This document shows positions 18,105 to 28,446 of a DNA stretch of 64,000 nucleotides, piece by piece (within the stretch, counting starts at the first letter, position 1; each line of letters opens with the position of its first letter). The stretch lies in the NCBI GenBank assembly GCA_964593065.1, contig CAZQGO010000007.1, forward strand, positions 32,708 to 96,707. The letters run 5' to 3'. Both the position numbers and the translations under genes were made by a program. The stretch comes from an uncultured bacterium (GTDB lineage: Bacteria > Oederibacteriota > JAAXVQ01). The notes under the pieces are model-generated. The model made no database searches and was not told the origin of the DNA. It saw nothing but the letters and a program-made list of their open reading frames with translations.

Positions 18105-18179
18105 ACTGAAAATTGCTCCTTATTTCTTTAAATTCCAGCAAATATTGTCTTGCTGGTTGGTGTTCCGGACCCCTGGCTT

Positions 18180-19391
18180 TCAGGCCGGCAAGAAAACAAA
18201 ACCCGCGGGAATCACACCCCGGCGCGCCCGGGGTCCGTACCGGCGCCGGATCCAGCCCGCCGCTTCTTCGGGCCGTGAAAAAAAACGCAGGCCGGACCAG
18301 CGGCCGGGAGGAATGCGCGGGGTCACCACGGCCAGGCGGATCCGCTGCGCGGCCTGCAGCACCTTGAAGGCCCGGTGTTCTCCGGGCCGGCTGTAGGCAT
18401 AGCGCGCCGGCAGCGCCGGTTTTTTCAGCAGGCGCTCGAAATTTTTTTCCGCCGCACTTTTATTTCGCGGGTCCAAACGCGCGAAAACCACCACCGCCCC
18501 GCCCGGCCGGACCAGCGGCTTTTTATCCAGGGCGTAATTGAACAGGCGGGAAACCTGGTACAGGGAGCGATGCTTGGGCGCCTCGCAGCCCAGGTAGGCC
18601 ACGTCAAAAGGCCGGCGCACCCGGAAGGTATACAGGCGGCGCGCCCGGCGTACCGCGGCGCGATAGGCGGCGCGCGCTTCGCCGAACCAGAACCCGGCCA
18701 GGCGTTTCTCCGTGTCGTTCACCAGGTTCAAGGACCAAACCGGTTGCGGCAGTTTACGCCGGACTCCCCAGAGATAGCGCTGAAACGGGTTCCCGCGCAC
18801 TTGTCCCATGCGCACGCCGGGCCGGGATAAAAAGGACACCGCATGCGTGGCCAGAATCGTTTCTTCGCCCGCCAGCCCGATGGCGATGCCTTTGACGCCG
18901 CCGCTGAACCCGGCGTAAAGATGGGGTTCGACCAAGCCCACGGTGAACAGCAGGTCGTAATCCGCCAGCCGCCGGTGGAGGCTGCAGGGCACGCCTTGCA
19001 CCGTTCCCCGGGACTCGGCCCGGCGGGGATCATGCTGGAAAACGGCGTGTCGCCGCAGGCCCCCCGATCCCAGCCAGGCGCGCAGGCACCGCCGCGGAAC
19101 GCGGCGGTGCAACCCCAGAGCGATAAAAACATCCGCGCGGCGGCAATATTTCCTCAGGTTCCGCAGCAGGGGCGCCAGCACGACGTGCGGTTGAAAAGCC
19201 CGGGTATCGTCCGGCAGGATCACCGCCACCGTACGCCCGCGCCAGCGCCCCGCCTGCCGGCGGAAAAATTCCCCGCAGGCGCGGACGAAGTCCTCCCGCC
19301 TGGTGGCGGCCGCAGCCCGGTAAAAAAACGCCGTCTTTCCCGGACCCGGAACAGGTATTTTTTCATCCCCCGCAAAGACAAACGGACGCAC
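18180..19391 (-). CDS. LarA-family (lactate racemase N-terminal / DUF2088-like) protein
   Basis: ILPDDTRAFQPH, DVFIALGLHR, HLYAGFSGGVKGIAIG resemble LarA nickel-site motifs. Confidence 0.5.
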   Translation of the reverse strand: MRPFVFAGDEKIPVPGPGKTAFFYRAAAATRREDFVRACGEFFRRQAGRWRGRTVAVILPDDTRAFQPHVVLAPLLRNLRKYCRRADVFIALGLHRRVPRRCLRAWLGSGGLRRHAVFQHDPRRAESRGTVQGVPCSLHRRLADYDLLFTVGLVEPHLYAGFSGGVKGIAIGLAGEETILATHAVSFLSRPGVRMGQVRGNPFQRYLWGVRRKLPQPVWSLNLVNDTEKRLAGFWFGEARAAYRAAVRRARRLYTFRVRRPFDVAYLGCEAPKHRSLYQVSRLFNYALDKKPLVRPGGAVVVFARLDPRNKSAAEKNFERLLKKPALPARYAYSRPGEHRAFKVLQAAQRIRLAVVTPRIPPGRWSGLRFFSRPEEAAGWIRRRYGPRARRGVIPAGFVFLPA

Positions 19392-19395
19392 GGGT

Positions 19396-20340
19396 TCAGT
19401 CCTCCGCGTTTTTCTTGATGCGCCCCGGCCTCGCGGGCTTCCAGATCAGGGACGCCGCGATGGACAAGACCAGAATAACGGCGATGACGGCCAGAGCCCA
19501 GCCGGTGGGGACGGCAACCCGTTCCGACAGCAGCATCTTGACGCCGATGAAACTCAGGATCGCGGCCAGGCCGTAGTGCAGAAGGTGAAACTTTTCCATG
19601 AAACCGGCCAGAACGAAGAACAGGGCCCGCAGGCCCAACACCGCGAAAATGTTGGAGGTATACACGATGAAAGGATCCGTGGTAATGGCCAGGATGGCCG
19701 GAATGGAGTCCAGGGCAAAGACCACGTCCGTGCTTTCAATGACCAGCAGCACCACCAGCAGGGGTGTGGCCACAACGCGCCCGTTTTGCCGCGTGCTGAA
19801 CCGGTCCGCGTCGTAATCCGGGCTGACCCGCATGCAGCGCCGGAACAAGCCCAATAGCGGGTTTTTTTCAGGATGAACCTCCCGCTGCGGATTCGCGGCC
19901 AGGCGCAGCCCCGTATAGACCAGAAAGGCGCCGAACAGGTAAATGATCCAGTGAAACCGGTGGATGAGGGAAACCCCGGCCAGGATGAACAGGGCGCGCA
20001 TGAGCATGGCCCCGAGAATTCCCCAAAAAAGGACCTTGTGCTGGTAGGCCGGGGGAACCTTGAAGAACCGGAAAATGAGGATGAAAACGAACAGGTTGTC
20101 GACGCTTAAGGATTCCTCAACCAGGTAGCCCGACAGGAACTGCAGGGCCTTTTCCGGCCCGTGCCAGAAATAAATACACAGATTGAACAGGACCGCCAGG
20201 CCGATCCAGATGGCGGCCCACAGCAGGGATTCGCGCAGGGACAGCGCCCGGGGCCTTCGGTGCGCCACGACCAGGTCGTAGATCAACAAACCTAAAACGA
20301 CGACGCCGAATATGAGCCAGGCAGCGGCAGCGGAGATCAT
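19396..20340 (-). CDS. TerC family integral membrane protein (Alx/YkoY-like)
   Basis: 314 aa, multi-TM. SLSVDNLFVFILIF and FALDSIPAILAITTDPFIVYTSNIFAVLGLR motifs. Confidence 0.8.
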   Translation of the reverse strand: MISAAAAWLIFGVVVLGLLIYDLVVAHRRPRALSLRESLLWAAIWIGLAVLFNLCIYFWHGPEKALQFLSGYLVEESLSVDNLFVFILIFRFFKVPPAYQHKVLFWGILGAMLMRALFILAGVSLIHRFHWIIYLFGAFLVYTGLRLAANPQREVHPEKNPLLGLFRRCMRVSPDYDADRFSTRQNGRVVATPLLVVLLVIESTDVVFALDSIPAILAITTDPFIVYTSNIFAVLGLRALFFVLAGFMEKFHLLHYGLAAILSFIGVKMLLSERVAVPTGWALAVIAVILVLSIAASLIWKPARPGRIKKNAED

Positions 20341-20386
20341 CTTGCGTCCTTGCGGGGGAAATGGGAACGCCGGCTAAACCGGGTGC

Positions 20387-20415
20387 AGAATAGCATTGTT
20401 CGCGGGGCTTGACAA
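20387..20415 (-). promoter_or_regulatory. Candidate sigma-70 promoter for the TerC-family gene
   Basis: Minus strand TTGTCA-17 nt-TATTCT, ~45 nt upstream of the AAGGA RBS. Confidence 0.3.
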
Positions 20416-20461
20416 GCGGACTTTGCAGCGCGGCGGCCGTCCGGCGCGGGCCGAGGCAACT

Positions 20462-21370
20462 TCACGACCACGGCAGGCTGTGGTCGATCCGGACCGGCGC
20501 CAAGAAGCGGTCGTAGAGGAACAACAACAAATTGGCGCCCACCAGGACCAGCAACCCCGCCAAGCCGAGGATGCCCACGGTCATTTCATCCCCGCCGCGC
20601 AAGGCCATCTTGGCCAGGGCGGCCGTGCCGTTGAGCGTGCCATGCATGATGGCCGCGGCCACCACGGATTTGGCCTTGAGGGTCACGTAGGCGATGAGGG
20701 GCGAAAACAAGAGGGTGAAATCCGTCATCATGAAAATACCTTCTAACGGCCGCTGCGGGAAAAGATATCCCTGGATGATGATGAACGCATGCCAGATCCC
20801 CCAGATGAGACCGATCACCAGGGAGGCGCGCCAGAAGCCCAGGAAACTCAGTTCCTTCAGCAAGAATCCGCGCCAGCCCAGTTCTTCCCCGAAAGCGGCC
20901 ACCGCATTGACGGTGACGCCCGAAACCAGCCCCACGATCAGACCCCAGGCGAGGGGGGGGACGGGCAGATTCCGAATCTGGGCCTGCAGCCGCGCGATTC
21001 TTTCCGGGGGGAGCCACTCCTGCACGTGCGCGAACAATCCGGCCATGTCCGGTGAATACTGCACGCCTGGAAGCAGGCAACCCACGCCCAAGGCGGCGAA
21101 GGCAAGCGCCGGCGGCAGGAGCCAGGCCACGAGCCACCAGGCGTTGGGGCGGAACGAAACCAGCAAAGGCCCGCGGACGCGTTCGCGGTAAATGAACTTC
21201 TGCACCAGGACCGCCGCGAGCATGGGAATGAACGTGTAGGCCAGGAGCATCGCCATCCCCAGCGCGCCGTAACTCTTGCCTCCGGAGAGGTAGAAAATCA
21301 TGGCCAGCACCCAGCTGGCGGCGAAGGTCAGAGCGACGAACAGGGAGGCTTTCTTGAGGGGGGAAGCCAC
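20462..21370 (-). CDS. CPBP family intramembrane metalloprotease (CAAX protease/Abi), paralog 1
   Basis: EELGWRGFLL, FxxxH (IWGIWHA), HGTLN motifs; multi-TM. Confidence 0.8.
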   Translation of the reverse strand: MASPLKKASLFVALTFAASWVLAMIFYLSGGKSYGALGMAMLLAYTFIPMLAAVLVQKFIYRERVRGPLLVSFRPNAWWLVAWLLPPALAFAALGVGCLLPGVQYSPDMAGLFAHVQEWLPPERIARLQAQIRNLPVPPLAWGLIVGLVSGVTVNAVAAFGEELGWRGFLLKELSFLGFWRASLVIGLIWGIWHAFIIIQGYLFPQRPLEGIFMMTDFTLLFSPLIAYVTLKAKSVVAAAIMHGTLNGTAALAKMALRGGDEMTVGILGLAGLLVLVGANLLLFLYDRFLAPVRIDHSLPWS

Positions 21371-21400
21371 GGGGACTCCTTGCCCGGCGGAGGGGGTGTT

Positions 21401-22315
21401 TCAATCCTCCAGCAGGATTTGGTTGACGGGCGTTTTCGCCAGGAAGCGTTCGTAGCCGAACAGCAACAGGTTGGCGCCCAGCAGCACGATCAGGCCGGCC
21501 TGCCCGAGAATGCCCACGGTCAATTCGCTGCCGCCCTTCAGGTTCAGAATGGACAGTCCGAAGGTCGCGTTGATGGTTCCGTGCATGATGGCGGCGGCGA
21601 GGACCGACCGGGACTTGAGCGTGACGTAGACCAGCAAGGGCGAATACAGCAGGCAGAAGTCCGTCATCAGAAAAACTCCCATGAGGGGATGACGCGGATA
21701 ATTATGGCCCTGGAGGATGAGGGGGGCGTGCCACACGCCCCAGATCAGGCCGATGACCAGCGCCGCGCGCCAGAAGCCCAGGAACTTCAATTCCCGGAGC
21801 AGCAGGCCGCGCCAGCCCAGTTCCTCGCCGAAGCCGGCCACGGCGTTGACGGTGGCGCCGGCGAGCAGGCCCTGCCCCAGCGCCAGCCACACGGGGTTGA
21901 CGGGCAAGGCGGCGATCTGGGCGCGAATCTTGGCGATCTGCTCGGGATTCAGGTTCTGCTGGAGCCTGTCCAGCATGGTCTCCATGCCCGGGGAATAGCT
22001 CACGCCCGGAAACCACAGTGCCGCCCCGAAAGCCGCGAGCGCCAGGACGGCGGGGACCAGCCAGGCGACCGCAAACCAGGTGTTGACCCGGAAGGAAATG
22101 CGCAGCGGCCTCCGCAGGGGTTCGCGCCAGATGACTTTCTGCACCAGGATGGCCATGGTCATGGGGAGAAACATATACGCCAGGGCCATGATGAAACCGG
22201 CGGTGCTTTGCAGTTTTCCCCCCGCGAAATGGAAAACGCCGGCCAGCAACCAGCAGGCCGTGAAGGTCAACAGCAGAAACAGCCCGGCTTTTTTCAGGGA
22301 AACACTGGTGTCCAT
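21401..22315 (-). CDS. CPBP family intramembrane metalloprotease, paralog 2 (tandem duplicate)
   Basis: Same motif set (EELGWRGLLL, IWGVWHA, HGTIN). N-terminus aligns with paralog 1, which sets the start at Met192 of the track ORF. Confidence 0.8.
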   Translation of the reverse strand: MDTSVSLKKAGLFLLLTFTACWLLAGVFHFAGGKLQSTAGFIMALAYMFLPMTMAILVQKVIWREPLRRPLRISFRVNTWFAVAWLVPAVLALAAFGAALWFPGVSYSPGMETMLDRLQQNLNPEQIAKIRAQIAALPVNPVWLALGQGLLAGATVNAVAGFGEELGWRGLLLRELKFLGFWRAALVIGLIWGVWHAPLILQGHNYPRHPLMGVFLMTDFCLLYSPLLVYVTLKSRSVLAAAIMHGTINATFGLSILNLKGGSELTVGILGQAGLIVLLGANLLLFGYERFLAKTPVNQILLED

Positions 22316-22395
22316 CACGAAAATTCCCCCTTCCGCGATGATCCGGCGCATGACGCCTCGCCGGCGTACCCAAGGCTTGCGGCCGGGCGCGGCCG

Positions 22396-22989
22396 TTATT
22401 TCAAGGTCCTGCTCCCCGGCTTGTCCACGGGCACGCCCGCACGGCACAGGGGGCAGTCCGCGGGCGGATAGATCGCCGCCTCGATCTTCAACAAGGAGGT
22501 CAGCGGCGCCCCCACCTCCGGAGGCGCGGGGCTGCGGTCCACGAAGCAGCCCACGCCGATAACTTGGGCTCCGGCAGCCAGGCCCAAGGCCACGGCCTCT
22601 TTCACCGAGCCGCCGGTGGTGATCACGTCTTCCACGGCCAGCACCTTTTCCCCCGGGGCCAGGGAAAAACCGCGCCGCAGTTTCATCCGCCCTTCCTCGC
22701 GTTCGCAAAATACGGCCCGCACCTGCGTCCGGCCGGCACGAAACAGGGCTTGCGCCACCTCCTGGGCAATGACGATGCCGCCGATCGCGGGTCCCAATAC
22801 CACATCCACCCGTTCCGTGGCATAGGCCGCTGCGAGGGTCTCGGCCAGCCGCCGGGCGAATTCCGGGTACTGGGTCACCAGCGCGCACTGCAGGTACTGG
22901 TCGGAGTGGTTGCCGGAACTCAAGGCGAAATGTCCGTGGTGCAGGGCGCCCGCTCTTTGAAATATTTTCACAACCGCGTCCGGCGTCAT
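22396..22989 (-). CDS. pyrE: Orotate phosphoribosyltransferase
   Basis: PRPP-binding VLAVEDVITTGGS. Confidence 0.85.
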   Translation of the reverse strand: MTPDAVVKIFQRAGALHHGHFALSSGNHSDQYLQCALVTQYPEFARRLAETLAAAYATERVDVVLGPAIGGIVIAQEVAQALFRAGRTQVRAVFCEREEGRMKLRRGFSLAPGEKVLAVEDVITTGGSVKEAVALGLAAGAQVIGVGCFVDRSPAPPEVGAPLTSLLKIEAAIYPPADCPLCRAGVPVDKPGSRTLK

Positions 22990-23714
22990 ACCACGGCCTC
23001 CTCCATTTCCCGCTGGATCTGCCTGACCAGGTTCAAGGGATCCTTGGAGCAGACCACCGGCCGCCCCACCACGATGTAGTCCGCGCCGGCCGCGATGGCT
23101 TCGCCCGGAGTCAGCGTCCGCTTCTGATCCCCCTTGTCCGCCCCGCGCGGCCGGATGCCGGGGGTCAGGATGGCAAATTCCGGCCCGCAGGCCTTGCGGA
23201 TGGCCGTGATTTCCCGGGGGCTTGCGACCACGCCGTCCAGACCCGCCGTCCGGGCCAGGCGGGCCAGCTTGACCACCTGGTTTTCCAGGGTCCGGCGGAT
23301 ACCGAGCTCTTCGCTCACCATCTTCTGGTTGAGGGAAGTCAGTACCGTAACCGCCAGCACCAGGGCCTTGGGCTGGCGCAGTTTATGCGCCACCTCGCGC
23401 GCGGCTTTGGCGGCCGCCGCCATCATCTCGCTGCCGCCGCCGGCGTGGACGTTTACCAGGGTTGCCCCCAGGCGGCAAGCCGCGCCCACGGCCGCCTCCA
23501 CGGTCCGGGGGATATCGTGGAATTTGGCGTCGTAAAAAACGCCGAAGCCCCTGCGCCGCACGAGGGGTACGGCCTCCGGCCCCGCGGCGGTCAGCAGCTG
23601 CGCGCCGATTTTATACGTCGTCACCTGGCCCTGCAGGCGGTCCATCAGGCGCCGGGCCTGTTCCAGGTCGTCCACATCCAGGGCGACGAGTAAACGGTCT
23701 TTGATTCTCAGCAC
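22986..23714 (-). CDS. pyrF: Orotidine-5'-phosphate decarboxylase
   Basis: LLVALDVDD...YKIGAQL...DAKFHDIP signature. Confidence 0.85.
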   Translation of the reverse strand: MLRIKDRLLVALDVDDLEQARRLMDRLQGQVTTYKIGAQLLTAAGPEAVPLVRRRGFGVFYDAKFHDIPRTVEAAVGAACRLGATLVNVHAGGGSEMMAAAAKAAREVAHKLRQPKALVLAVTVLTSLNQKMVSEELGIRRTLENQVVKLARLARTAGLDGVVASPREITAIRKACGPEFAILTPGIRPRGADKGDQKRTLTPGEAIAAGADYIVVGRPVVCSKDPLNLVRQIQREMEEAVV

Positions 23715-23718
23715 GAGT

Positions 23719-24822
23719 TTAGAGTTCCTCCTTGCCCTGAGGGGGATCCACGGTCATCAGCCAGGATTCCTCGTAGCGTTCCCCGGCCTTCGCACCCCGG
23801 GCCTTCAGCACCACCAGGTCCGTTCCCTGCGTCCAGGGCCGGGGCAGGCCCAGTTCCAGCCGGCCGGTCTCGGTTCGATAGTCCACGCGCAGGGGAGTGG
23901 CTCCCCGCGCAGCAGTCAAACTCTCCGGCAGAATGCGCGCGCGCGCCTCCGGCGCCAGGGTGACCTGGATTTTCTCCAGGGGCCCGGTCACGCGCGCCCC
24001 GGGCCGCGGCGAGTAGTCTTCGCACGCCAGCGGCTTGACCCGCAGCAGTTCGCGGAACGTCTCGTCGCGGGTGCCGTGCAGAATCATGTCGCGTTTCCAG
24101 CGTTCGCGCGGTGTATCCGGCGTATTGGTTCCTGGATTTACGGTGAACAGCAGGCGATACCCGGCCGCCCGCGCTTCGTCCGCAATCTCCGTGTCCCACA
24201 AACCATAGGGATAGGCCAAGGCCGCCACCTCGCCGCCGGTCCAGGCCCGCAAGGTGTCCCGGGAGCCCGCCAATTCCCGGCGCAATCTTGCCTTGCGCTT
24301 CTCCGCGCTCTCCCCACGCGCGCGCCGGGTCAATTTCGGATGCGTGGCCGAATGAGACCCGATTTCAAATCCTTCCTGTTGCAGGGTCCGCAGCTGTTCC
24401 CGCGTGAGTCCCTTGCGGGCCCCGATGAAGCGCGGATACACGAACAGAGTCGCCGGATACCCGTAGGCCCGCAGCAGCGGGCGGGCGATCTCCCAGAAAT
24501 CCCGGTAGCCGTCGTCCACGGTGATCAGCACGGGTTTCGCGGGCAGCGCCCGCCCGCCGTCGAGTCCCGCCAGCAGCTGCGAAGCGGTCACGGGCGTGAA
24601 GCCTTCCTGCTGAATGATCGCCAGCTGCCGCTGAAATTCCTCCTCGGTCACGAAGTAAGGATCGCTGGCGGCAAACTGCCCGAAACGATGGTAGCACAGG
24701 ACCGGGATGTCCACGGCCTGCTTGCCCGGCATGGATCCTCCTTCCGCCTGGGCGGGGACGGGTCCGGTGGAGCAGGCCAGAAGCAGGACGGCTCCGGCCA
24801 GGATCGTCTGGCACCGCCTCAT
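23719..24822 (-). CDS. Secreted polysaccharide deacetylase (NodB/CE4 family)
   Basis: Signal peptide MRRCQTILAGAVLLLACS; ITVDDGY, HSATHP motifs. ATGA overlap with the PAP2 gene. Confidence 0.7.
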   Translation of the reverse strand: MRRCQTILAGAVLLLACSTGPVPAQAEGGSMPGKQAVDIPVLCYHRFGQFAASDPYFVTEEEFQRQLAIIQQEGFTPVTASQLLAGLDGGRALPAKPVLITVDDGYRDFWEIARPLLRAYGYPATLFVYPRFIGARKGLTREQLRTLQQEGFEIGSHSATHPKLTRRARGESAEKRKARLRRELAGSRDTLRAWTGGEVAALAYPYGLWDTEIADEARAAGYRLLFTVNPGTNTPDTPRERWKRDMILHGTRDETFRELLRVKPLACEDYSPRPGARVTGPLEKIQVTLAPEARARILPESLTAARGATPLRVDYRTETGRLELGLPRPWTQGTDLVVLKARGAKAGERYEESWLMTVDPPQGKEEL

Positions 24823-25424
24823 GGGACCGATTCTCCGGAACGGCCGCGCTCCGAAACCCCCGGGCCCAGACGCCGGATTCCCTGCCGCAAAAACCACCCG
24901 AGCACCCCCCCCACCCCGTAGCCCGCCAGCACGTCCAGGGGATAGTGCCCTCCGGAATACACGGAGCCGAAGCCGACCGCCAGCATGAAAAGAACCGCGG
25001 GCCAACGCAGCCTCGGATCCAGGCTGGCCGCCACGATCCCCAGGGCCACGGCGCTGGCCGCGTGGGTGGAGGGAAAGGACAAGGACACGGCCGAGAGATT
25101 CTGGAGATTCGCGGAAAGGTGAACCTCGGGCAGCGCCAGGAAGGGGCGCGGGCGGTCAAAAAACGGCTTCAGCCAGTAGTTATGCAGGAGATTGGAGAGC
25201 ACCACGGCCGCCGCCCCCCAGACGGCGAGTGCCGCGGTCGACTTCCAGCCGTTGGACCACGCGTACAGCAGCAGGGCCAGCGCGAGCAGGGCCAGGATCA
25301 GATAATCGTTGGCCAGGAAGAACGTCACGTCCGCGGCGGGGCGGAAGTACAGGACGGAATTCACGTACCGGAAGGCGGCGACATCCGCGTGCACGACGGT
25401 CCCGAGCAGGGCGGCGGCGGTCAT
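24819..25424 (-). CDS. PAP2 family phosphatase (undecaprenyl-diphosphatase-like)
   Basis: PAP2 motifs KPFFDRPRP, SFPSTH, SGGHYPLD. Confidence 0.65.
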   Translation of the reverse strand: MTAAALLGTVVHADVAAFRYVNSVLYFRPAADVTFFLANDYLILALLALALLLYAWSNGWKSTAALAVWGAAAVVLSNLLHNYWLKPFFDRPRPFLALPEVHLSANLQNLSAVSLSFPSTHAASAVALGIVAASLDPRLRWPAVLFMLAVGFGSVYSGGHYPLDVLAGYGVGGVLGWFLRQGIRRLGPGVSERGRSGESVP

Positions 25425-26365
25425 CAGCGGCCCGCCCCGATCAAGGCCCGCAGCGACCCGAACCGGCCGGCCGCCGCATAACGGCGCAGCCCTTCGGCCA
25501 CTTGGGAGCCGGCGGCGGGTTGGCGGAAGGTTCCGGTTCCGATCTGAACCGCGCTGGCTCCGGCCAGGAGGAATTCCACGGCGTCCTCGGGCGTTTCGAT
25601 GCCCCCGCATCCCACCACGGGAATTTTAACCGCGCCCGCGGCCTTGTACACCATTGCCAAGGCGACGGGTTTAATGGCCGGGCCGGATAACCCCCCCGTG
25701 CCATAGGCCAAGGCCGGACGGCGCCGGAAAATGTCCAGCCTCATCCCCAGCAGGGTGTTGATGAGGGTCAAGGCGTCGGCGCCGCCCTGCTCGGCTGCCT
25801 GCGCCAGCGGGAGGATGTCGGTGACATTGGGTGAGAGCTTGACCCACAACGGCCAGGTCGTTTCCCGCCGGACGGCTCGGACCAAGCGTTCCAGCGTTTT
25901 CGGATCCCGTCCGAATTCCATGCCGCCGGCCTGCACATTGGGACAGGACACATTCAGTTCGATGCCGGCCAGGCCGCGCTCGGGCTGCAAACGCTCCACC
26001 ACGCGCAGGTATTCCGTCTGCGTGGAACCGGCGACATTGGCCAAAACCGCGCACGGCATCCGGCGCAGGGCCGGGAGCTTTTCCCGGCAAAAGGCCTCCA
26101 CCCCCACGTTGGCCAGGCCGATGGCGTTGAGCATGCCGGCGGCGCATTCCACCACCCGCGGCATGGGATTGCCGGCTCTGGGCCGCAGCGTGATGCTCTT
26201 GGCGATGATTCCGCCGACGGCCTTAAAATCCAGCCAGCCGCGCAGCTCCTCGCCGTAGCCGCAGGTGCCGGACGCCAGCAGCACGGGATTGCGCAGCCGG
26301 AGGCCGCCGACCGTGACGGCCAGGGAAGGTTGTCGGCGCTTATTCTTCTTCATGCCACTCCACAT
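25424..26365 (-). CDS. pyrD: Dihydroorotate dehydrogenase catalytic subunit (class 1B)
   Basis: LKNPVLLASGTCGYG, NVSCPN, GGIETPEDAVE motifs. Confidence 0.85.
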   Translation of the reverse strand: MWSGMKKNKRRQPSLAVTVGGLRLRNPVLLASGTCGYGEELRGWLDFKAVGGIIAKSITLRPRAGNPMPRVVECAAGMLNAIGLANVGVEAFCREKLPALRRMPCAVLANVAGSTQTEYLRVVERLQPERGLAGIELNVSCPNVQAGGMEFGRDPKTLERLVRAVRRETTWPLWVKLSPNVTDILPLAQAAEQGGADALTLINTLLGMRLDIFRRRPALAYGTGGLSGPAIKPVALAMVYKAAGAVKIPVVGCGGIETPEDAVEFLLAGASAVQIGTGTFRQPAAGSQVAEGLRRYAAAGRFGSLRALIGAGR

Positions 26366-27158
26366 CCTCGGCCGGAAAAACCGGCCCGTCTACGCAGACC
26401 CGCCGGTATTCGCCCTTCACCCGCACCACGCAACCGTTGCATACGCCCAGACCGCAGGCCAGGGTTTCTTCCAACGAAACCTCGGCGGGCAGGCCGTACC
26501 GCCGCGCCAGCCGGGCCACGGCCGCCAGCAGGCCGCGCGGACCGCAGGCCGCGATCCGCACCGGCCGGCCGCGCCCGCGCAGGCGTTCCGACAACAGGTC
26601 CGCGGCCGTTCCGCGCATTCCGGTGCCGCCGTCCTCGGTGGCGCAGGCCACGCGCGCGCCCGCCCGCCGCAGTTCGTTCCGCAGGAGCAGGTCTTCGGTG
26701 CAGCGTCCCCCCACCAGGGCTTCCACCGCGCAGCCGCGGGCGCGCAGGCGCTCGGCTAAAAAGAGCAGCGGCGCCACGCCGTAGCCTCCCCCCACCAGCA
26801 GACGGGGTTCCCGGCCGGCCAGCGAATAACCCCGGCCCAAAGGGCCGAGAAGATCCAACGTCTCGCCCACGCGCCGGGCGGCCAGCCAGCGCGAGCCGGG
26901 CCCGACCGCCTTCACCAGCACTTCCACCTGGGTCGCGGTCGCGCGGCAGATGGAAAAGGGCCGGCGCCAAAACGGCGCCGGGCCGCCGCCGGTGCGAATT
27001 TCAAGAAATTGCCCGGGCCGGGCGCCCCGGGCGACGGCGGGCGCGGACAGCGTCAGGTGCGCGAAGTCTCCGAAACGGCGGATTCGATGCAGACGTGCCA
27101 CCGGGTTGCTCCTTTTATACGCCGCCGGCCGGAAGACCGCCGGACCGGCGCACCGCAA
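26340..27158 (-). CDS. pyrK: Dihydroorotate dehydrogenase electron-transfer subunit (FAD/2Fe-2S)
   Basis: FNR-like fold; C-terminal CGLGVCNGC cluster motif. The 5' end may be shorter because the ORF overlaps pyrC. Confidence 0.75.
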   Translation of the reverse strand: MRCAGPAVFRPAAYKRSNPVARLHRIRRFGDFAHLTLSAPAVARGARPGQFLEIRTGGGPAPFWRRPFSICRATATQVEVLVKAVGPGSRWLAARRVGETLDLLGPLGRGYSLAGREPRLLVGGGYGVAPLLFLAERLRARGCAVEALVGGRCTEDLLLRNELRRAGARVACATEDGGTGMRGTAADLLSERLRGRGRPVRIAACGPRGLLAAVARLARRYGLPAEVSLEETLACGLGVCNGCVVRVKGEYRRVCVDGPVFPAEDVEWHEEE

Positions 27159-28446
27159 ATGCAGGATCGGCGTGGATGACCCGGCCCGCCACCAAGGTGG
27201 CCAGAACCCGGCCCTTCACCCGCCGGCCGTCGAACGGCGTGTTGTTGGACTGGCTGACAAACTCCGCCGCCCGGATTTCGCGCTCGCCCTCGGCGTCGAA
27301 AATCACCACGTCCGCGTCCGCGCCCGCCGCCAGGGTCCCTTTGGGAACCTTCAGAATCCGCGCCGGGTTGCTGGTCAGGCGCCGGAGCGTTTCCAGCAGG
27401 GACAGCCGGCCCGTGGCCGTCACGGCCGTCAAGACCAGGGACAGGGAGGTTTCCAGCCCGCTGATGCCCGGTGCGGCCAGAACGAACTCCATGTCTTTCT
27501 CCCGGCGGGAATGCGGGGCGTGGTCCGTGGCGACGGCGTCCAGGGTCCCGTCGGCGAGTCCCGCCAGGAGGGCTTCCCGGTCGGAGGCCTCCGCGATCGG
27601 CGGGTTGACGCGCACGTTGCTGTTGTAATCCGCCAGGCATTCGTCCGTCAAGACCAGATAGTGCGGCGCCGTCTCGGCCGTCACCCGGACGCCCCGCTGC
27701 TTGGCTTCGCGGATGATGCGCACCGCGCCCGCGGTGGAGACGTGCGGAATGTGGATGCGGCTGCCCGTTTCCTCGGCCAGGATGACGTCGCGGCTGATCA
27801 TGACTTCCAGCGCGGAACGCGGCACCCCGCTCAATCCCAGTTTGGCGGCCGTGAACCCCCCGTGGGCCACGCCCTTGCCGGACAGGGAGCGTTCCTCCGC
27901 GTGATTGATCACCAGCAGGTCGAGCATGCCCGCGTACTGCAGGGCGCTGCGCATCAGCATGGGCGAGGACACCGGGTTGCCGTCGTCGGAGACGGCCTTG
28001 ACGCCGGCCGCCTGCAGCTCCCCCATCTCGGCCAGTTCCTCACCCCGCCGCCCCTTGGTGATGCACGCCACCGGATACACGTTGACCACGCCCTGCTGCC
28101 GGGCCTTGGAAAAGATGAGGTCCACCATGGCCAGGTTGTCCACCGGCGGATCCGTGTTGGGCATGCAGGCCAGCGACGTGATGCCCCCGGCGGCGGCCGC
28201 CCGCGTGCCGGAAGCGATGGTTTCCTTGTACTCCTCCCCCGGTTCGCGCAGGTGCACGTGCAGGTCCACCAGGCCCGGCGCCACGGCCAGGCCCTGCGCC
28301 TCGAAGATTTCATCCCCGGGTTCGGGCCGTTTTGCCCCCGGAGGGGTGATGGCCTGAACGCGGCCTGCGTCCAGCCACAAATCCCCGACCGCGTCATGAC
28401 CGCTGGCCGGATCCAGGATCCGCCCGTTTTTAATCAAGGTTCTCAT
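27115..28446 (-). CDS. pyrC: Dihydroorotase
   Basis: [10 protein letters not shown]...[11 protein letters not shown]...DHAPH signature. Confidence 0.85.
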   Translation of the reverse strand: MRTLIKNGRILDPASGHDAVGDLWLDAGRVQAITPPGAKRPEPGDEIFEAQGLAVAPGLVDLHVHLREPGEEYKETIASGTRAAAAGGITSLACMPNTDPPVDNLAMVDLIFSKARQQGVVNVYPVACITKGRRGEELAEMGELQAAGVKAVSDDGNPVSSPMLMRSALQYAGMLDLLVINHAEERSLSGKGVAHGGFTAAKLGLSGVPRSALEVMISRDVILAEETGSRIHIPHVSTAGAVRIIREAKQRGVRVTAETAPHYLVLTDECLADYNSNVRVNPPIAEASDREALLAGLADGTLDAVATDHAPHSRREKDMEFVLAAPGISGLETSLSLVLTAVTATGRLSLLETLRRLTSNPARILKVPKGTLAAGADADVVIFDAEGEREIRAAEFVSQSNNTPFDGRRVKGRVLATLVAGRVIHADPAFAVRRSGGLPAGGV

